Part shown: piece after piece, positions 29,385 through 39,305 of the stretch
Position numbering within the stretch: position 1 is the first letter of the stretch
How the letters are laid out: every line of letters starts with the position of its first letter
From: Candidatus Wildermuthbacteria bacterium
Lineage (GTDB): Bacteria > Patescibacteriota > Minisyncoccia > Minisyncoccales > PEYH01
DNA length: 64,000 nucleotides
NCBI GenBank assembly: GCA_037445205.1
Contig: JBBIKX010000001.1
Span: 8,767 to 72,766, forward strand
Direction of reading: 5' to 3'
Notes under the pieces: model-generated
Told to the model about the DNA's origin: nothing
The model's input: only the letters and a program-made list of their open reading frames with translations
Database searches by the model: none
Made by a program: the position numbers and the translations under genes

Positions 29385-30653
29385 ATGGACGAAAAATTTA
29401 TCATTGCCGGCAATAAACCGCTGAAAGGAGAAATTGAGGTCGGCGGCGCGAAAAACGCCACCTTTCCAATCTTGGCCGCCTCTCTTTTAACCGAAAAGCC
29501 ATGCGTTATAGACAATATACCTCTTATAGAAGACATTCTTAAAATGATAGAAATCATTAAAGAGTTGGGAGCAGAGGTTTTTTGGCTTGGAGATCGGAAG
29601 ATAAAGATCGTTGCGCGAAACATAGATCTTAAAAAACTAAACGAAGGTTTAGTGAAGAAATTAAGAGGATCGGTGCTTATTGCGGGATCTCTTTTGGCCC
29701 GATTTGGGGAAATAAAAATTCCCCAGCCGGGCGGATGTTTAATCGGCGCAAGGTCTATTTCCACCCACCTTGATTTATTTTCCCAATTGGGCGTAAAAAT
29801 AGATTTTCAGGATGATGGGTTTTTATTCCAAGCTCCTTTAAATATTTCTGCAAAAGAAGTTATTTTAAACGAATGCAGCGTTACTACCACCGAAAATGCC
29901 TTGCTTTTTCTCGCAAACAGACCGCAAGAAATTATTATTAAAAACGCTGATGGAGATTATCCCGTGCAAGAGCTGGCAAGGGTTTTGCAAAAAATGGGCG
30001 TCAAGATAGGGGGTTGGGGGACTCATACTATTTTGATTAAGGGAGCTAAAAAATTAGAGGGATTTGAACATAAAATAATGTATGATCCTTTAGAAGCAGG
30101 GACGTTTATTCTGCTTGCCGCAGCCACCAAGAGCAATATAATTATAAAAAATGTTGAGTTCAGATTTTTGGAAATGGTCTTGAAAAAATTAAAAGATTTC
30201 GGATTGCCGTTCGAAATTATTGATGAGAAAACAATTAAAGTTAGTCCGTGGCATCATTTAATTTTGGACAAATTGCAGGCTCTTCCGTACCCGGGCCTGC
30301 CCACAGACCTTCTGCCATTATTTGGCGTTTTGGCTACTCAGGCCGAGGGGCTGACGCTTTTACACGATCCTCTTTATGAAAATAGATTGAAATATTTAGA
30401 AGAATTAAATAAAATGGGAGCGCAGATTATTTTTGCCGATCCTCATCGGGCGATTGTAAAAGGTCCTACTGCGCTTTTTGGGATAGAAATTAACAGTCCG
30501 GATATAAGAGGCGGGGCTTCCCTGATTGTCGGCGCCTTGCTCGCCAAGGGGAAGACAATCATAAGTAATATTCATCAGATAGACAGGGGATACGAAAAAA
30601 TTGAAGAAAAGCTTCAAAAAATCGGCGCTGATATAAAAAGAGTAAAAGAATAA
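29385..30653 (+). CDS. murA: UDP-N-acetylglucosamine 1-carboxyvinyltransferase
   Basis: 422 aa. MurA/EPSP-synthase fold motifs. Confidence 0.92.
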   Translation: MDEKFIIAGNKPLKGEIEVGGAKNATFPILAASLLTEKPCVIDNIPLIEDILKMIEIIKELGAEVFWLGDRKIKIVARNIDLKKLNEGLVKKLRGSVLIAGSLLARFGEIKIPQPGGCLIGARSISTHLDLFSQLGVKIDFQDDGFLFQAPLNISAKEVILNECSVTTTENALLFLANRPQEIIIKNADGDYPVQELARVLQKMGVKIGGWGTHTILIKGAKKLEGFEHKIMYDPLEAGTFILLAAATKSNIIIKNVEFRFLEMVLKKLKDFGLPFEIIDEKTIKVSPWHHLILDKLQALPYPGLPTDLLPLFGVLATQAEGLTLLHDPLYENRLKYLEELNKMGAQIIFADPHRAIVKGPTALFGIEINSPDIRGGASLIVGALLAKGKTIISNIHQIDRGYEKIEEKLQKIGADIKRVKE

Positions 30654-30671
30654 TCCAAAACAATAAAAATT

Positions 30672-31679
30672 ATGATTGTAAGAAAAATAGGAATAGATCT
30701 GGGGACCTGCAATTCATTGGTTTATATTCCCAAAAAAGGAGTGATGCTTAATGAGCCGACAGTTGTTGCCGTATCTATGGATGATAATAAAATTTTGGCG
30801 GTAGGCAGGGCGGCCAAAGAAATGACGGGCCGCACGCCAGATACTATAAGAGTTTATCGCCCTCTAAAAGATGGCGTAATCGCCGATTATACGGTCACTT
30901 TGGTGATGCTTAAATATTTTATTAACAGCACAAAACCATGGTATCAGGTTTTTAAGCCAGAACTTGTTATTTCTGTGCCTGCGGGTATTACCTCCACCGA
31001 AAAGAGAGCAGTGATAGAGGCTGCTATGGAAGCGGGCGCAAAGGCGGCTTATGTCGCAAAAGAACCCATTTTGGCAGCCATAGGGGCCGGTATCCCCATT
31101 AACAGCTGTTCGGGCCATCTGATCATTGATATTGGCGGAGGAACCACAGAGGTGGCTGTTATATCTCTTGGCGGGATAGTAACCGCGCATTCGGTGCGTA
31201 TGGCGGGAGATAAAATGAATGCGGCCATATCCGACTATATAAAAAAGAAATACAACTTGGCGATAGGCGAACAAACCGCAGAAGATATAAAAATAAAAAT
31301 CGGCACTGCTCTTTCTGAAAGAAAAGAAATGTTTATAGAGGCAAAAGGAAGAGATTTGATTTCCGGACTTCCAAGGGTGATAAAATTTTCATCAAATGAG
31401 GTATGCGAGGCCATTTCAAACGTTTTAAGCGATATAGTTCAGGCAGTAAAAATGGTTTTAAAAGAAACGCCCCCTGAGCTTGCCGCAGATATTATGGATA
31501 AGGGGATGGTGCTTTCCGGAGGCGGTGCGCTGCTCAGGAACATAGATCAATTAATTGCGAAAATGACAGGAGTGCCTTGTTTTGTGGCGGATGAACCGCT
31601 ATTTTGCGTTGTAAAAGGAACGGGAGTGGTTTTGGAAAATTTGGAGACATATAAAAAGAGCATTATGACAAAACATTAA
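30672..31679 (+). CDS. mreB: Rod shape-determining protein MreB
   Basis: 335 aa. Actin-fold motifs include IGIDLGTCNS and DIGGGTTEVAVISLGG. Confidence 0.92.
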   Translation: MIVRKIGIDLGTCNSLVYIPKKGVMLNEPTVVAVSMDDNKILAVGRAAKEMTGRTPDTIRVYRPLKDGVIADYTVTLVMLKYFINSTKPWYQVFKPELVISVPAGITSTEKRAVIEAAMEAGAKAAYVAKEPILAAIGAGIPINSCSGHLIIDIGGGTTEVAVISLGGIVTAHSVRMAGDKMNAAISDYIKKKYNLAIGEQTAEDIKIKIGTALSERKEMFIEAKGRDLISGLPRVIKFSSNEVCEAISNVLSDIVQAVKMVLKETPPELAADIMDKGMVLSGGGALLRNIDQLIAKMTGVPCFVADEPLFCVVKGTGVVLENLETYKKSIMTKH

Positions 31680-31686
31680 TAATTTT

Positions 31687-32598
31687 ATGATTATAGGACA
31701 CCAAAAAGAATGGGAGTTCTTAAAAAAAAGCGCAGAGAAAAGAAGCTTATCCCATGCCTATCTTTTTTATGGGCCCCAAAGCGTGGGCAAGAGGAAAGTG
31801 GCAATGGAATTTGCAAAATATCTTAATTGTAAAGATCATATTAAAAATAACCCATGCCAGAAGTGCATAGTCTGTTATCAGATAGAAGGAAAATTTTATC
31901 CGGACCTGTCTTTGGTGGAAAAAAAATTGGACGAACAAGCAATAGGCATAGAGCAGATAAAAGATTTAAAAGCGAAACTTTCTTTATCCTGCGCTCTTGA
32001 AGGTCATAAGACAGCGATAATTGATCAAGCCCATCTTATGACCCACGATGCGCAAAACGCCCTTTTAAAACAGCTAGAAGAACCCAAAGGCAAAACGATT
32101 ATTATCTTGATTGCAGAGCATCCTCATCGTCTTCTGGGAACAGTTCTTTCAAGATGCCAAAAAATAAGATTTTCCCCCGTGCCTTCATATTTAATAAAAG
32201 AATATTTTCCGAAAAACGAAGCGTTAAAAGAAAATCATTTATATGCATTGGGGAGGCCCGGAATTGTTTTTGGTGCCTTAGCCAATCCCCAAACAGACGC
32301 CAAAAGAAAAAAACTGGAACAAGATATGATACAATTAAAACAGGCAAGTTTTCATGAAAGATTCTCTTATGCAAAAAAAATAATTAAAAACGGCGGGGAA
32401 ATCTCTGAAATATTTGGAATTTGGATTCTTTATCTAAGAAACCTTATGCAAAATTATTTAGAGAAGAAAAAAAACAATATTTGGAATTTAAAAGAATTAA
32501 GAAAAATTATATCTTTGGCTCAGGAAATGCAACATCTTATAGATACCTCTAATGTGAACAAACAATTAGCGCTAGAATTATTTTTAATGGAAATATGA
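31687..32598 (+). CDS. holB: DNA polymerase III delta' subunit
   Basis: 303 aa with the AAA+ P-loop YLFYGPQSVGKRK and a zinc module CQKCIVC. Confidence 0.8.
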   Translation: MIIGHQKEWEFLKKSAEKRSLSHAYLFYGPQSVGKRKVAMEFAKYLNCKDHIKNNPCQKCIVCYQIEGKFYPDLSLVEKKLDEQAIGIEQIKDLKAKLSLSCALEGHKTAIIDQAHLMTHDAQNALLKQLEEPKGKTIIILIAEHPHRLLGTVLSRCQKIRFSPVPSYLIKEYFPKNEALKENHLYALGRPGIVFGALANPQTDAKRKKLEQDMIQLKQASFHERFSYAKKIIKNGGEISEIFGIWILYLRNLMQNYLEKKKNNIWNLKELRKIISLAQEMQHLIDTSNVNKQLALELFLMEI

Positions 32599-33149
32599 AC
32601 AATTTAGTGAACAATTTTAAAAACGAGATGGAAAAAATATCAACTTTTTTTAGAAACGAATTGCAAAGATTAAGAACGGGCAGAGCGAGCCCCCTCATCG
32701 TGGAAGATATTTTAGTGGATTGTTACAACACAAAAATGAAGTTAAAACAGGTGGCGGCTATTTCTTGTCCGGAGCATCGCCAGATTCTTATCCAACCATG
32801 GGACAGGACAATCACAGAGCATATTGTTAAAGCCCTTAGCGCAAGCGATCTTGGCACAAGTCCGATTGTAGACAAGCAGTTTATCAGGATTAACTTGCCC
32901 TCGCTCACAGAAGAGTTTCGCAAGAATTTAATAACCCAGATTTCCAGAAAAGAAGAAGAATCCAGGGAGGCAATTAGAAAATGGAGAGATTATTTCTTAA
33001 AAGAATTACAAAAGCAGTTTCAAGAAAAGCAGATTTCCGAAGACGATAAATTCAGGACAAAAGATGAAATACAAAAAATAGTGGATGAATACAACAAAAA
33101 ATTAGCGGATATTGCCAAATTAAAAGAAAAAGAAATTTTAGAATCCTAA
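32595..33149 (+). CDS. frr: Ribosome recycling factor
   Basis: 184 aa. RRF motifs. Confidence 0.92.
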   Translation: MNNLVNNFKNEMEKISTFFRNELQRLRTGRASPLIVEDILVDCYNTKMKLKQVAAISCPEHRQILIQPWDRTITEHIVKALSASDLGTSPIVDKQFIRINLPSLTEEFRKNLITQISRKEEESREAIRKWRDYFLKELQKQFQEKQISEDDKFRTKDEIQKIVDEYNKKLADIAKLKEKEILES

Positions 33150-33152
33150 TTT

Positions 33153-34274
33153 ATGATTGCTTTTATCGTTGCTATTTTTATTTTAAGCTTCCTTATTTTT
33201 ATCCACGAACTTGGGCATTTTCTTGCCGCAAAAAAAGCCAATATTTTGGTTGAAGAGTTTGGATTTGGATACCCGCCAAGAATATTTGGAAAGAAAATCG
33301 GCGAAACGATATATTCGCTAAACATTATTCCCTTCGGGGGTTTTGTAAAAATCAGGGGAGAGAGCGGGCCCTTAGAAGACAAAAATGCGGACAAAAGGAG
33401 TTTTTTCTTGCAAAAGCCAAAAATGAAGGCAAAAATTCTTTTAGCGGGCGTTTTGGCGAACGCTTTTTTGGCGGTAGTTATTTTTTATTTTATTCTGATA
33501 AGCCAAAATTTCTCCTTTCATCTTCCGTCTTTTTATAATCATCGCTTTATTTTCGGGGAGCAGAAAAGTTTTCCCGCAGTGGCGCTGGTGCTTGATGATT
33601 CCCCCGCCCAAGAATCAGGGCTTAGGATATACGATTTGATTATTTCAGCCAATGATCAGTATATTTCAGGTGCCCGTCAATTTATTGATTTTATCAACCA
33701 AAGAAAGGGCGAGACAGTCGCGCTTCATGTTAGGAATTTAAATGATAATCTGGAAAAGACGATTATGGTGTCTTTGCCTATCAATGCGCCAGATAAAAAA
33801 GTCTTGGGGGCGGGAATTCAGGATATGATAAATATAAGATACAATTCTGGCTTAGAAAAAATCTTTTCGGGATTTTTTCATTCAATTAATATCATTGATT
33901 ATTCCTTCGCCATCTCGGGAAATTTGATTAAACAATCATTTGCTACAAAAGAGATAGCTCCTCTCGCGAATTTGGCAGTAGGTCCGGTGGGCATAATCGC
34001 TTTGACAAAAAATATTCTTAGCGGAGGGGTTTTGGCGCTTTTGAATTTCTTGGCAATTTTTTCGCTGGGCTTGGCGCTGGTAAACGTCCTGCCCATTCCG
34101 GCGGCAGACGGGGGAAGATTGGTTTTTGTAGCATATGAGGCCATATTCAAAAAAACCGCTCCGCCTAAATTTGAAAGGAATTTCAACCTTGTGGGATATA
34201 TTTTCCTTATTGTATTGTCAATTATCATCGCCGCAAAAGATATTATCCAATTTAGGGATATTTTATTTAAATAA
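33153..34274 (+). CDS. rseP: RseP-family site-2 zinc metalloprotease (M50) with PDZ domain
   Basis: 373 aa with HELGH and a distal LDG-type motif. Confidence 0.85.
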   Translation: MIAFIVAIFILSFLIFIHELGHFLAAKKANILVEEFGFGYPPRIFGKKIGETIYSLNIIPFGGFVKIRGESGPLEDKNADKRSFFLQKPKMKAKILLAGVLANAFLAVVIFYFILISQNFSFHLPSFYNHRFIFGEQKSFPAVALVLDDSPAQESGLRIYDLIISANDQYISGARQFIDFINQRKGETVALHVRNLNDNLEKTIMVSLPINAPDKKVLGAGIQDMINIRYNSGLEKIFSGFFHSINIIDYSFAISGNLIKQSFATKEIAPLANLAVGPVGIIALTKNILSGGVLALLNFLAIFSLGLALVNVLPIPAADGGRLVFVAYEAIFKKTAPPKFERNFNLVGYIFLIVLSIIIAAKDIIQFRDILFK

Positions 34275-34286
34275 CCTTGTTTTTAT

Positions 34287-35540
34287 ATGAGGCAATCGCA
34301 ATTATTTTATAAAACAGAAAAAGTTTTGCCGGACAAAAAAGAGGCGATATCCCATGAGCTTTTAAAAAAAGCCGGCTTTATAAACCAATTGGCTTCAGGG
34401 CTTTATAGTTTATTGCCGCTGGGGTTTTTAGTCCATAAAAAAATTGAAAATATCATTCGCGAAGAAATGAAGAATATCGGCGCCCAAGAAGTATTTTTGC
34501 CCGCCCTGCAGCCAAAAGAAATTTGGGAAAAGACAAAAAGATGGAATACTATTGATCCTCCGCTCTTTAAGCTAAAAGACAGGCACCAAAAAGAATTTGC
34601 CCTTGGGTCTACGCATGAGGAAGTAATCAGCGATCTTGCGCGCCTTAAAATTAAATCTTACCGAGATTTGCCGGCGGCGCTTTTTCAGATTCAAACAAAA
34701 TTCAGAAACGAATTAAGATTTTCCGGGGGTCTTTTAAGGGCCAGAGAGTTTGTTATGAAAGATCTTTACAGCTTCCATCGAGATAAAGAAGATTTTGAGA
34801 AATATTATAAAAAGGCTATGGGCGCCTATCTTAAAATTTTTAAGCGATGCGGACTTAGGGCGGTTGTAACAGAAGCTTCGGGACAGGGATTTACAAAATC
34901 CGCTACTCACGAATTTCAGATTTTAACGCCGGCCGGCGAAGATAAAATAATTTTTTGCAAAAATTGTGCTTTTTCTCAAAATCAAGAAATCGCCCGGCAA
35001 AATGAAGGAGAAAAATGTTTAAATTGCAATAAGGGCGTTTTAGAGCTTAAGAGGGGAATAGAGGTGGGAAACATTTTTCCTTTGGAAGATAAGTATTCCA
35101 ATGATTTTGACCTTTATTTTGTTGATAAAGACAATAAAAAAAAGCCCGTTATTATGGGATGTTATGGAATCGGACTGGGAAGGTTGATGGCCGCCGCTGT
35201 TGAGATAAACTGCGATAAAAAAGGAATTGTCTGGCCAAAAGAGATAGCGCCCTACAGCGTGCATTTGCTTGCCATAGATTTAAAAGATAAAAAAGTTTTT
35301 CATCAGGCGGAAAGTTTTTATCAAAGTTTACAAGGCGCGGGTATGGGGGTATTATATGACGACAGACCGCAGACAAGCGCAGGAGAGAAATTTTTTGAAT
35401 CAGATTTGATAGGGATACCCAAAAGAATTGTTATCAGCAAAAAAACGCTGGGCGGGAATAAAATAGAATTAAAAGAGCGAAAGAGCGACAATTTGAAACT
35501 GATCAGCCGGAAACAGGCGTTAGGAGAATTAAAATTATGA
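34287..35540 (+). CDS. proS: Prolyl-tRNA synthetase (short form without the INS editing domain)
   Basis: 417 aa. Class II motifs and the ProRS signature SHELLKKAGFINQLASGLYSLLPLG. Confidence 0.85.
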   Translation: MRQSQLFYKTEKVLPDKKEAISHELLKKAGFINQLASGLYSLLPLGFLVHKKIENIIREEMKNIGAQEVFLPALQPKEIWEKTKRWNTIDPPLFKLKDRHQKEFALGSTHEEVISDLARLKIKSYRDLPAALFQIQTKFRNELRFSGGLLRAREFVMKDLYSFHRDKEDFEKYYKKAMGAYLKIFKRCGLRAVVTEASGQGFTKSATHEFQILTPAGEDKIIFCKNCAFSQNQEIARQNEGEKCLNCNKGVLELKRGIEVGNIFPLEDKYSNDFDLYFVDKDNKKKPVIMGCYGIGLGRLMAAAVEINCDKKGIVWPKEIAPYSVHLLAIDLKDKKVFHQAESFYQSLQGAGMGVLYDDRPQTSAGEKFFESDLIGIPKRIVISKKTLGGNKIELKERKSDNLKLISRKQALGELKL

Positions 35541-36604
35541 TAAAAAATTTATTTTCAAACTTTGGAAAAGATATTGCCATAGATCTGGGTACGGCCAATA
35601 CGCTGGTTTATGTGAAAGGAGAGGGGATAGTAATTCGGGAACCCTCGGTTGTGGCGCTCAACCAAAAAACTGGAAAAATTTTGGCAATTGGACAAGAGGC
35701 AAAGAAAATGATCGGCCGCACGCCTTCCCATATTTTGGCAATCAAACCGCTAAGGAATGGCGTCATATCCGATTTTGAAGTGGCAGAGCAGATGTTAAGG
35801 TATTTTATTCAGAAATCATATAAAAGGAATATTGTTTTTCCAAGGCCCCGAATTATTATTGGCATTCCATGCGGGCTGACAGACGTAGAAAGAAGGGCAG
35901 TCAGAGATGCCGCAAAAAATACCGGAGCAAAAAGCGTATTCTTGGTGGAACAGCCGATGGCCAGCGCAATCGGCGCAAGGCTGCCCGTTAACGACCCCGG
36001 AGGAAATTTTGTTGTTGACATTGGGGGAGGCACTACTGAAATAGCCGTTATATCTCTTGGCGGGATAGTTCTTTCCAAGAGCTTGAAAATCGCGGGAGAT
36101 AAATTAAACGACGATATCATCAATTATGTCCAAGAAGAATATCGTCTTTTGATAGGGGAAAGAACCGCAGAGCAGATAAAAATGCATCTTGGAAGCGCTT
36201 GCCATGTAAAAGAAAAAGAAGGCGCTCCCGTAAAAAAGGAATTGCCAATGAGGGGGCGAAATCTTATTACCGGCCTTCCCGAAGAAGTAATTATTACGCA
36301 AGATGACGTGCGCAGGTCTCTTGAGAAATCAATAAAAGAGGTTGTTATGGCAGTAAAGGATACAATCGAGGCAACCCCTCCCGAGCTTGTTTCCGATATT
36401 ATGACTAAAAATATTTATCTCTCAGGAGGAGGAGCGCTTTTGAAGGGAATAGATGTTTTGATATCAAAGGAAACGAGGATTCCGACAAAAATTGTGGAAG
36501 ATCCCTTAACTGCGGTTGTGAGAGGTGCGGGCATGGTTTTGGAAAATCTTGAGATATTCAAAGATGTTTTAACCCAGCCCCAAGAAGTTCAGATTCCGCA
36601 ATAA
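35537..36604 (+). CDS. mreB: Second MreB-family actin homolog
   Basis: 355 aa with IAIDLGTANTLVYV and DIGGGTTEIAVISLGG. Confidence 0.9.
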   Translation: MIKNLFSNFGKDIAIDLGTANTLVYVKGEGIVIREPSVVALNQKTGKILAIGQEAKKMIGRTPSHILAIKPLRNGVISDFEVAEQMLRYFIQKSYKRNIVFPRPRIIIGIPCGLTDVERRAVRDAAKNTGAKSVFLVEQPMASAIGARLPVNDPGGNFVVDIGGGTTEIAVISLGGIVLSKSLKIAGDKLNDDIINYVQEEYRLLIGERTAEQIKMHLGSACHVKEKEGAPVKKELPMRGRNLITGLPEEVIITQDDVRRSLEKSIKEVVMAVKDTIEATPPELVSDIMTKNIYLSGGGALLKGIDVLISKETRIPTKIVEDPLTAVVRGAGMVLENLEIFKDVLTQPQEVQIPQ

Positions 36605-36611
36605 TAAAAAA

Positions 36612-36899
36612 ATGATCACAGAAAAAGAAGTAATACATATTGCAGGGCTCGCGCGCATTAATCTTTCAGAAAAAGAAATTGAAAAGATGAAAAATGAACT
36701 TTCTTTGATTTTGGAATACATCAAGAAATTAAAAGAGCTTGATTTAGAAAATGTTTTGCCGACCACGCACTGCGCGGAATTAAAAAATATTACAAGAGAG
36801 GACATTTCGTCCAAAAGAGACGAGAGGGTGGCTGACTCTTTAAAAAATCTGGCTCCTCAAAAAGAGCAGAAATATATTAAAACAAAATCAGTTTTTTGA
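36612..36899 (+). CDS. gatC: Glutamyl/aspartyl-tRNA amidotransferase subunit C
   Basis: 95 aa. GatC pattern, immediately upstream of gatA. Confidence 0.85.
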   Translation: MITEKEVIHIAGLARINLSEKEIEKMKNELSLILEYIKKLKELDLENVLPTTHCAELKNITREDISSKRDERVADSLKNLAPQKEQKYIKTKSVF

Positions 36900-36900
36900 A

Positions 36901-38340
36901 ATGAATTTTTCTGACCTATCTATAAAGGAGATTCATAATGGGTTAAAAAGCAAAAAATTTTCCTGCCGGGAGTTAACCGATTTTTATTTGAGCAAAATTG
37001 AAGAGTGGAATCCGAAAATCAATGCCTATCTTTGGATTTTTTTTGATCAGGCGCGCTATCTTGCTCAAGAAATTGATGAATTAATAGCGCAGGAGAAAGA
37101 GATCCATCTTCTTTCGGGAATTCCCTGCGCGATCAAAGACAATATTGCAATAAGGGGCCAAAAAGCGAGCGCCGGCTCCAAAATACTCAAAAATTATATT
37201 GCACCCTATGATGCGTTCGTTATAGAAAAGTTGAAGTCAAAAAATAGCGTTATACTCGGGAAAACTAATTTAGATGAGTTTGCGGTGGGCTCTTCGGGAG
37301 AACATTCCGCATACGGGCCCACAAAAAATCCCTTAGACCATAAACTTGTTCCGGGCGGATCATCTTCGGGATCAGCGGCGGCAGTCAGCCAAAAAATGTG
37401 CGTTTTTTCATTGGGTTCGGACACGGGCGGATCCGTGAGGCAGCCCGCCTCATTTTGCGGAGTTGTGGGATTAAAACCAACCTATGGGGCGGTTTCTCGG
37501 CATGGATTGATAGCTATGGCTTCATCGCTGGATCAAATAGGCCCCATCGCAAAAACAGTTGAAGATGCAGAAATCGTTTTTGAGGCGATTAGAGGACAAG
37601 ACAAAATGGATTCAACCAGCTTTGAAAAAAAAGAAGAAGATTTTGAAAAGAAGCTTCAGGCAGAGAAATTTAAAATCGGAATCGTGAAAGAAGGGATGGG
37701 CGAGGGGATAGACAATGAAGTTCTTGCGTCTTTTAAAAAAACGATAGAAAATATAAGAAAAGAAGGAGTCAGCCTGGAAGAAATTAGCCTGCCCCACCTG
37801 CATTACGGACTCGCCTGTTATTATATTTTGATGACTGCGGAAGTTTCAAGCAATCTTGCAAGGTATGATGGAATAAAATATGGCCAATCAAAGAAAGACG
37901 CAAAAAATCTTTTAGATATTTATTTTGAAACAAGGAAAGAGTTTTTTGGACCGGAGGTGAAGCGAAGAATAATGCTTGGGACTTACTGTCTGTCATCGGG
38001 CTATTACGAGTCTTATTATTTAAAAGCCCAAAGAACAAGGACAAAAATAGTAGAGGATTTCAAAAGCGCATTCAAAAAAGTGGATTTGCTGTTAATGCCC
38101 ACCTCCTCCACTCTTCCATTCAGATTGGGCGAGAGGATAGACAATCCTTTGTCAATGTATCTTGCAGATTTGTTAACCGTTCCTGTTAATCTTTCAGGGC
38201 TTCCCGCCATTTCCATCCCTTTCAAGGACAAAAAGAAATTTCCGATAGGCATTCAGCTTATTGCTCCGGCCTTTGGAGAAAAAAAGATATTTGAATTTGG
38301 AAAATTTTTTGAGAAAATATGTCAATCCAAAACAACATAA
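36901..38340 (+). CDS. gatA: Glutamyl/aspartyl-tRNA amidotransferase subunit A
   Basis: 479 aa. Amidase signature with GGSSSGSAAAV. Confidence 0.93.
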   Translation: MNFSDLSIKEIHNGLKSKKFSCRELTDFYLSKIEEWNPKINAYLWIFFDQARYLAQEIDELIAQEKEIHLLSGIPCAIKDNIAIRGQKASAGSKILKNYIAPYDAFVIEKLKSKNSVILGKTNLDEFAVGSSGEHSAYGPTKNPLDHKLVPGGSSSGSAAAVSQKMCVFSLGSDTGGSVRQPASFCGVVGLKPTYGAVSRHGLIAMASSLDQIGPIAKTVEDAEIVFEAIRGQDKMDSTSFEKKEEDFEKKLQAEKFKIGIVKEGMGEGIDNEVLASFKKTIENIRKEGVSLEEISLPHLHYGLACYYILMTAEVSSNLARYDGIKYGQSKKDAKNLLDIYFETRKEFFGPEVKRRIMLGTYCLSSGYYESYYLKAQRTRTKIVEDFKSAFKKVDLLLMPTSSTLPFRLGERIDNPLSMYLADLLTVPVNLSGLPAISIPFKDKKKFPIGIQLIAPAFGEKKIFEFGKFFEKICQSKTT

Positions 38341-38945
38341 TCAATATTCCCAATTACGATTTTGAGGGGTTATTTTCTTATCTTTTAAGGATTGTTCAGG
38401 GATTTAAAATTCCCTTCATTGTTGTTTCTTTAATATTGCTTGCCGGAATTGTATATTTTATGGTTTTTACGGATTATCTTTATTACAAATACTTTGAGCA
38501 ATGGGAGGAATATACCAAATGGAAAGCGATGCATAAAATTCCCCGCAGAAAAAAAAGGAAAATCATCCAAAAGGAAAATCCGCTCTCCATGGCGCCGTCC
38601 CTGCCCGCAGAAGAGTCAATCATAAAAGAATCAAAACCGCCGGGGGAGTGGGAAAGGATTTTTGAAAAGCTTAAAAGCCAAAAAGGCATTGATTATAAAT
38701 TGGCGCTTGTTGACGCAGACAGATTGCTTGCCAAAAAATTAGAAGAAGCGGGAATCGCGGGAAGGAATTTAGATCAGCAAATAGAAAATGTTCCTCCGGA
38801 TTTTAAAATGGATTTGTCCCAGATTAAAAAGGCGCGAAATCTTTTAAAAGAGGTATTTTTGGAAGAAAAAAAGAAGACTGCGAAAAGCTCTGTTAAAGAG
38901 GCAATTGAGGTGTATAAAAATGCGTTTGACGCAGTAAAAATTTGA
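38319..38945 (+). CDS. Hypothetical membrane protein
   Basis: 208 aa with one TM and a charged C-terminal region. Confidence 0.5.
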   Translation: MSIQNNIINIPNYDFEGLFSYLLRIVQGFKIPFIVVSLILLAGIVYFMVFTDYLYYKYFEQWEEYTKWKAMHKIPRRKKRKIIQKENPLSMAPSLPAEESIIKESKPPGEWERIFEKLKSQKGIDYKLALVDADRLLAKKLEEAGIAGRNLDQQIENVPPDFKMDLSQIKKARNLLKEVFLEEKKKTAKSSVKEAIEVYKNAFDAVKI

Positions 38946-38975
38946 TTTTTTCTAAAAATCAATATATAAATACGA

Positions 38976-39049
38976 TAGCGGGGTGGACCAGTAGTAGGTC
39001 GCGGGTCTCATAAGCCCGAAGCGTTGGTGCAATTCCAGCCCCCGCTACC
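38976..39049 (+). tRNA. tRNA-Met (CAU), initiator-like; CCA is encoded
   Basis: Manual fold: acceptor agcgggg/ccccgct, D-stem gacc/ggtc, anticodon stem cgggt/gcccg (three G:C pairs), loop ctCATaa, T-stem gttgg/ccagc. Confidence 0.85.
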
Positions 39050-39084
39050 AGTTTAAAAATAAAAAATTTTAATTTTTCTCTGTG

Positions 39085-39156
39085 GCCGGTGTAGCTCAGT
39101 GGCAGAGCAAACGTTTCATAAGCGTTGGGTCGTTGGTTCAATTCCAACCACCGGCA
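39085..39156 (+). tRNA. tRNA-Met or tRNA-Ile2 (anticodon CAU), elongator-type
   Basis: Acceptor gccggtg/caccggc, D-stem gctc/gagc, anticodon loop ttCATaa, T-arm gttgg-ttcaatt-ccaac. Confidence 0.85.
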
Positions 39157-39175
39157 AAAATTGAGAATATATTAT

Positions 39176-39250
39176 GGACCCATGGTGTAGCCCGGTTAAC
39201 ACATCTCCCTGTCACGGAGAAGATCAGGGGTTCAAATCCCCTTGGGTCCG
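39176..39250 (+). tRNA. tRNA-Asp (GUC)
   Basis: Acceptor ggaccca/tgggtcc, anticodon stem tctcc/ggaga, loop ctGTCac, T-loop ttcaaat, discriminator G. Confidence 0.88.
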
Positions 39251-39253
39251 CAA
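39235..39253 (+). repeat. Direct repeat copy 1 (aatccccttgggtccgcaa), the 3' end of tRNA-Asp; attL-like
   Basis: A 19/19 identical copy is at 40465-40483. Confidence 0.9.
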
Positions 39254-39305
39254 TACGAGATTTGTCAAAGATTCTGTTTCGCAATCAACGCGGAAGTGAC
39301 AATTT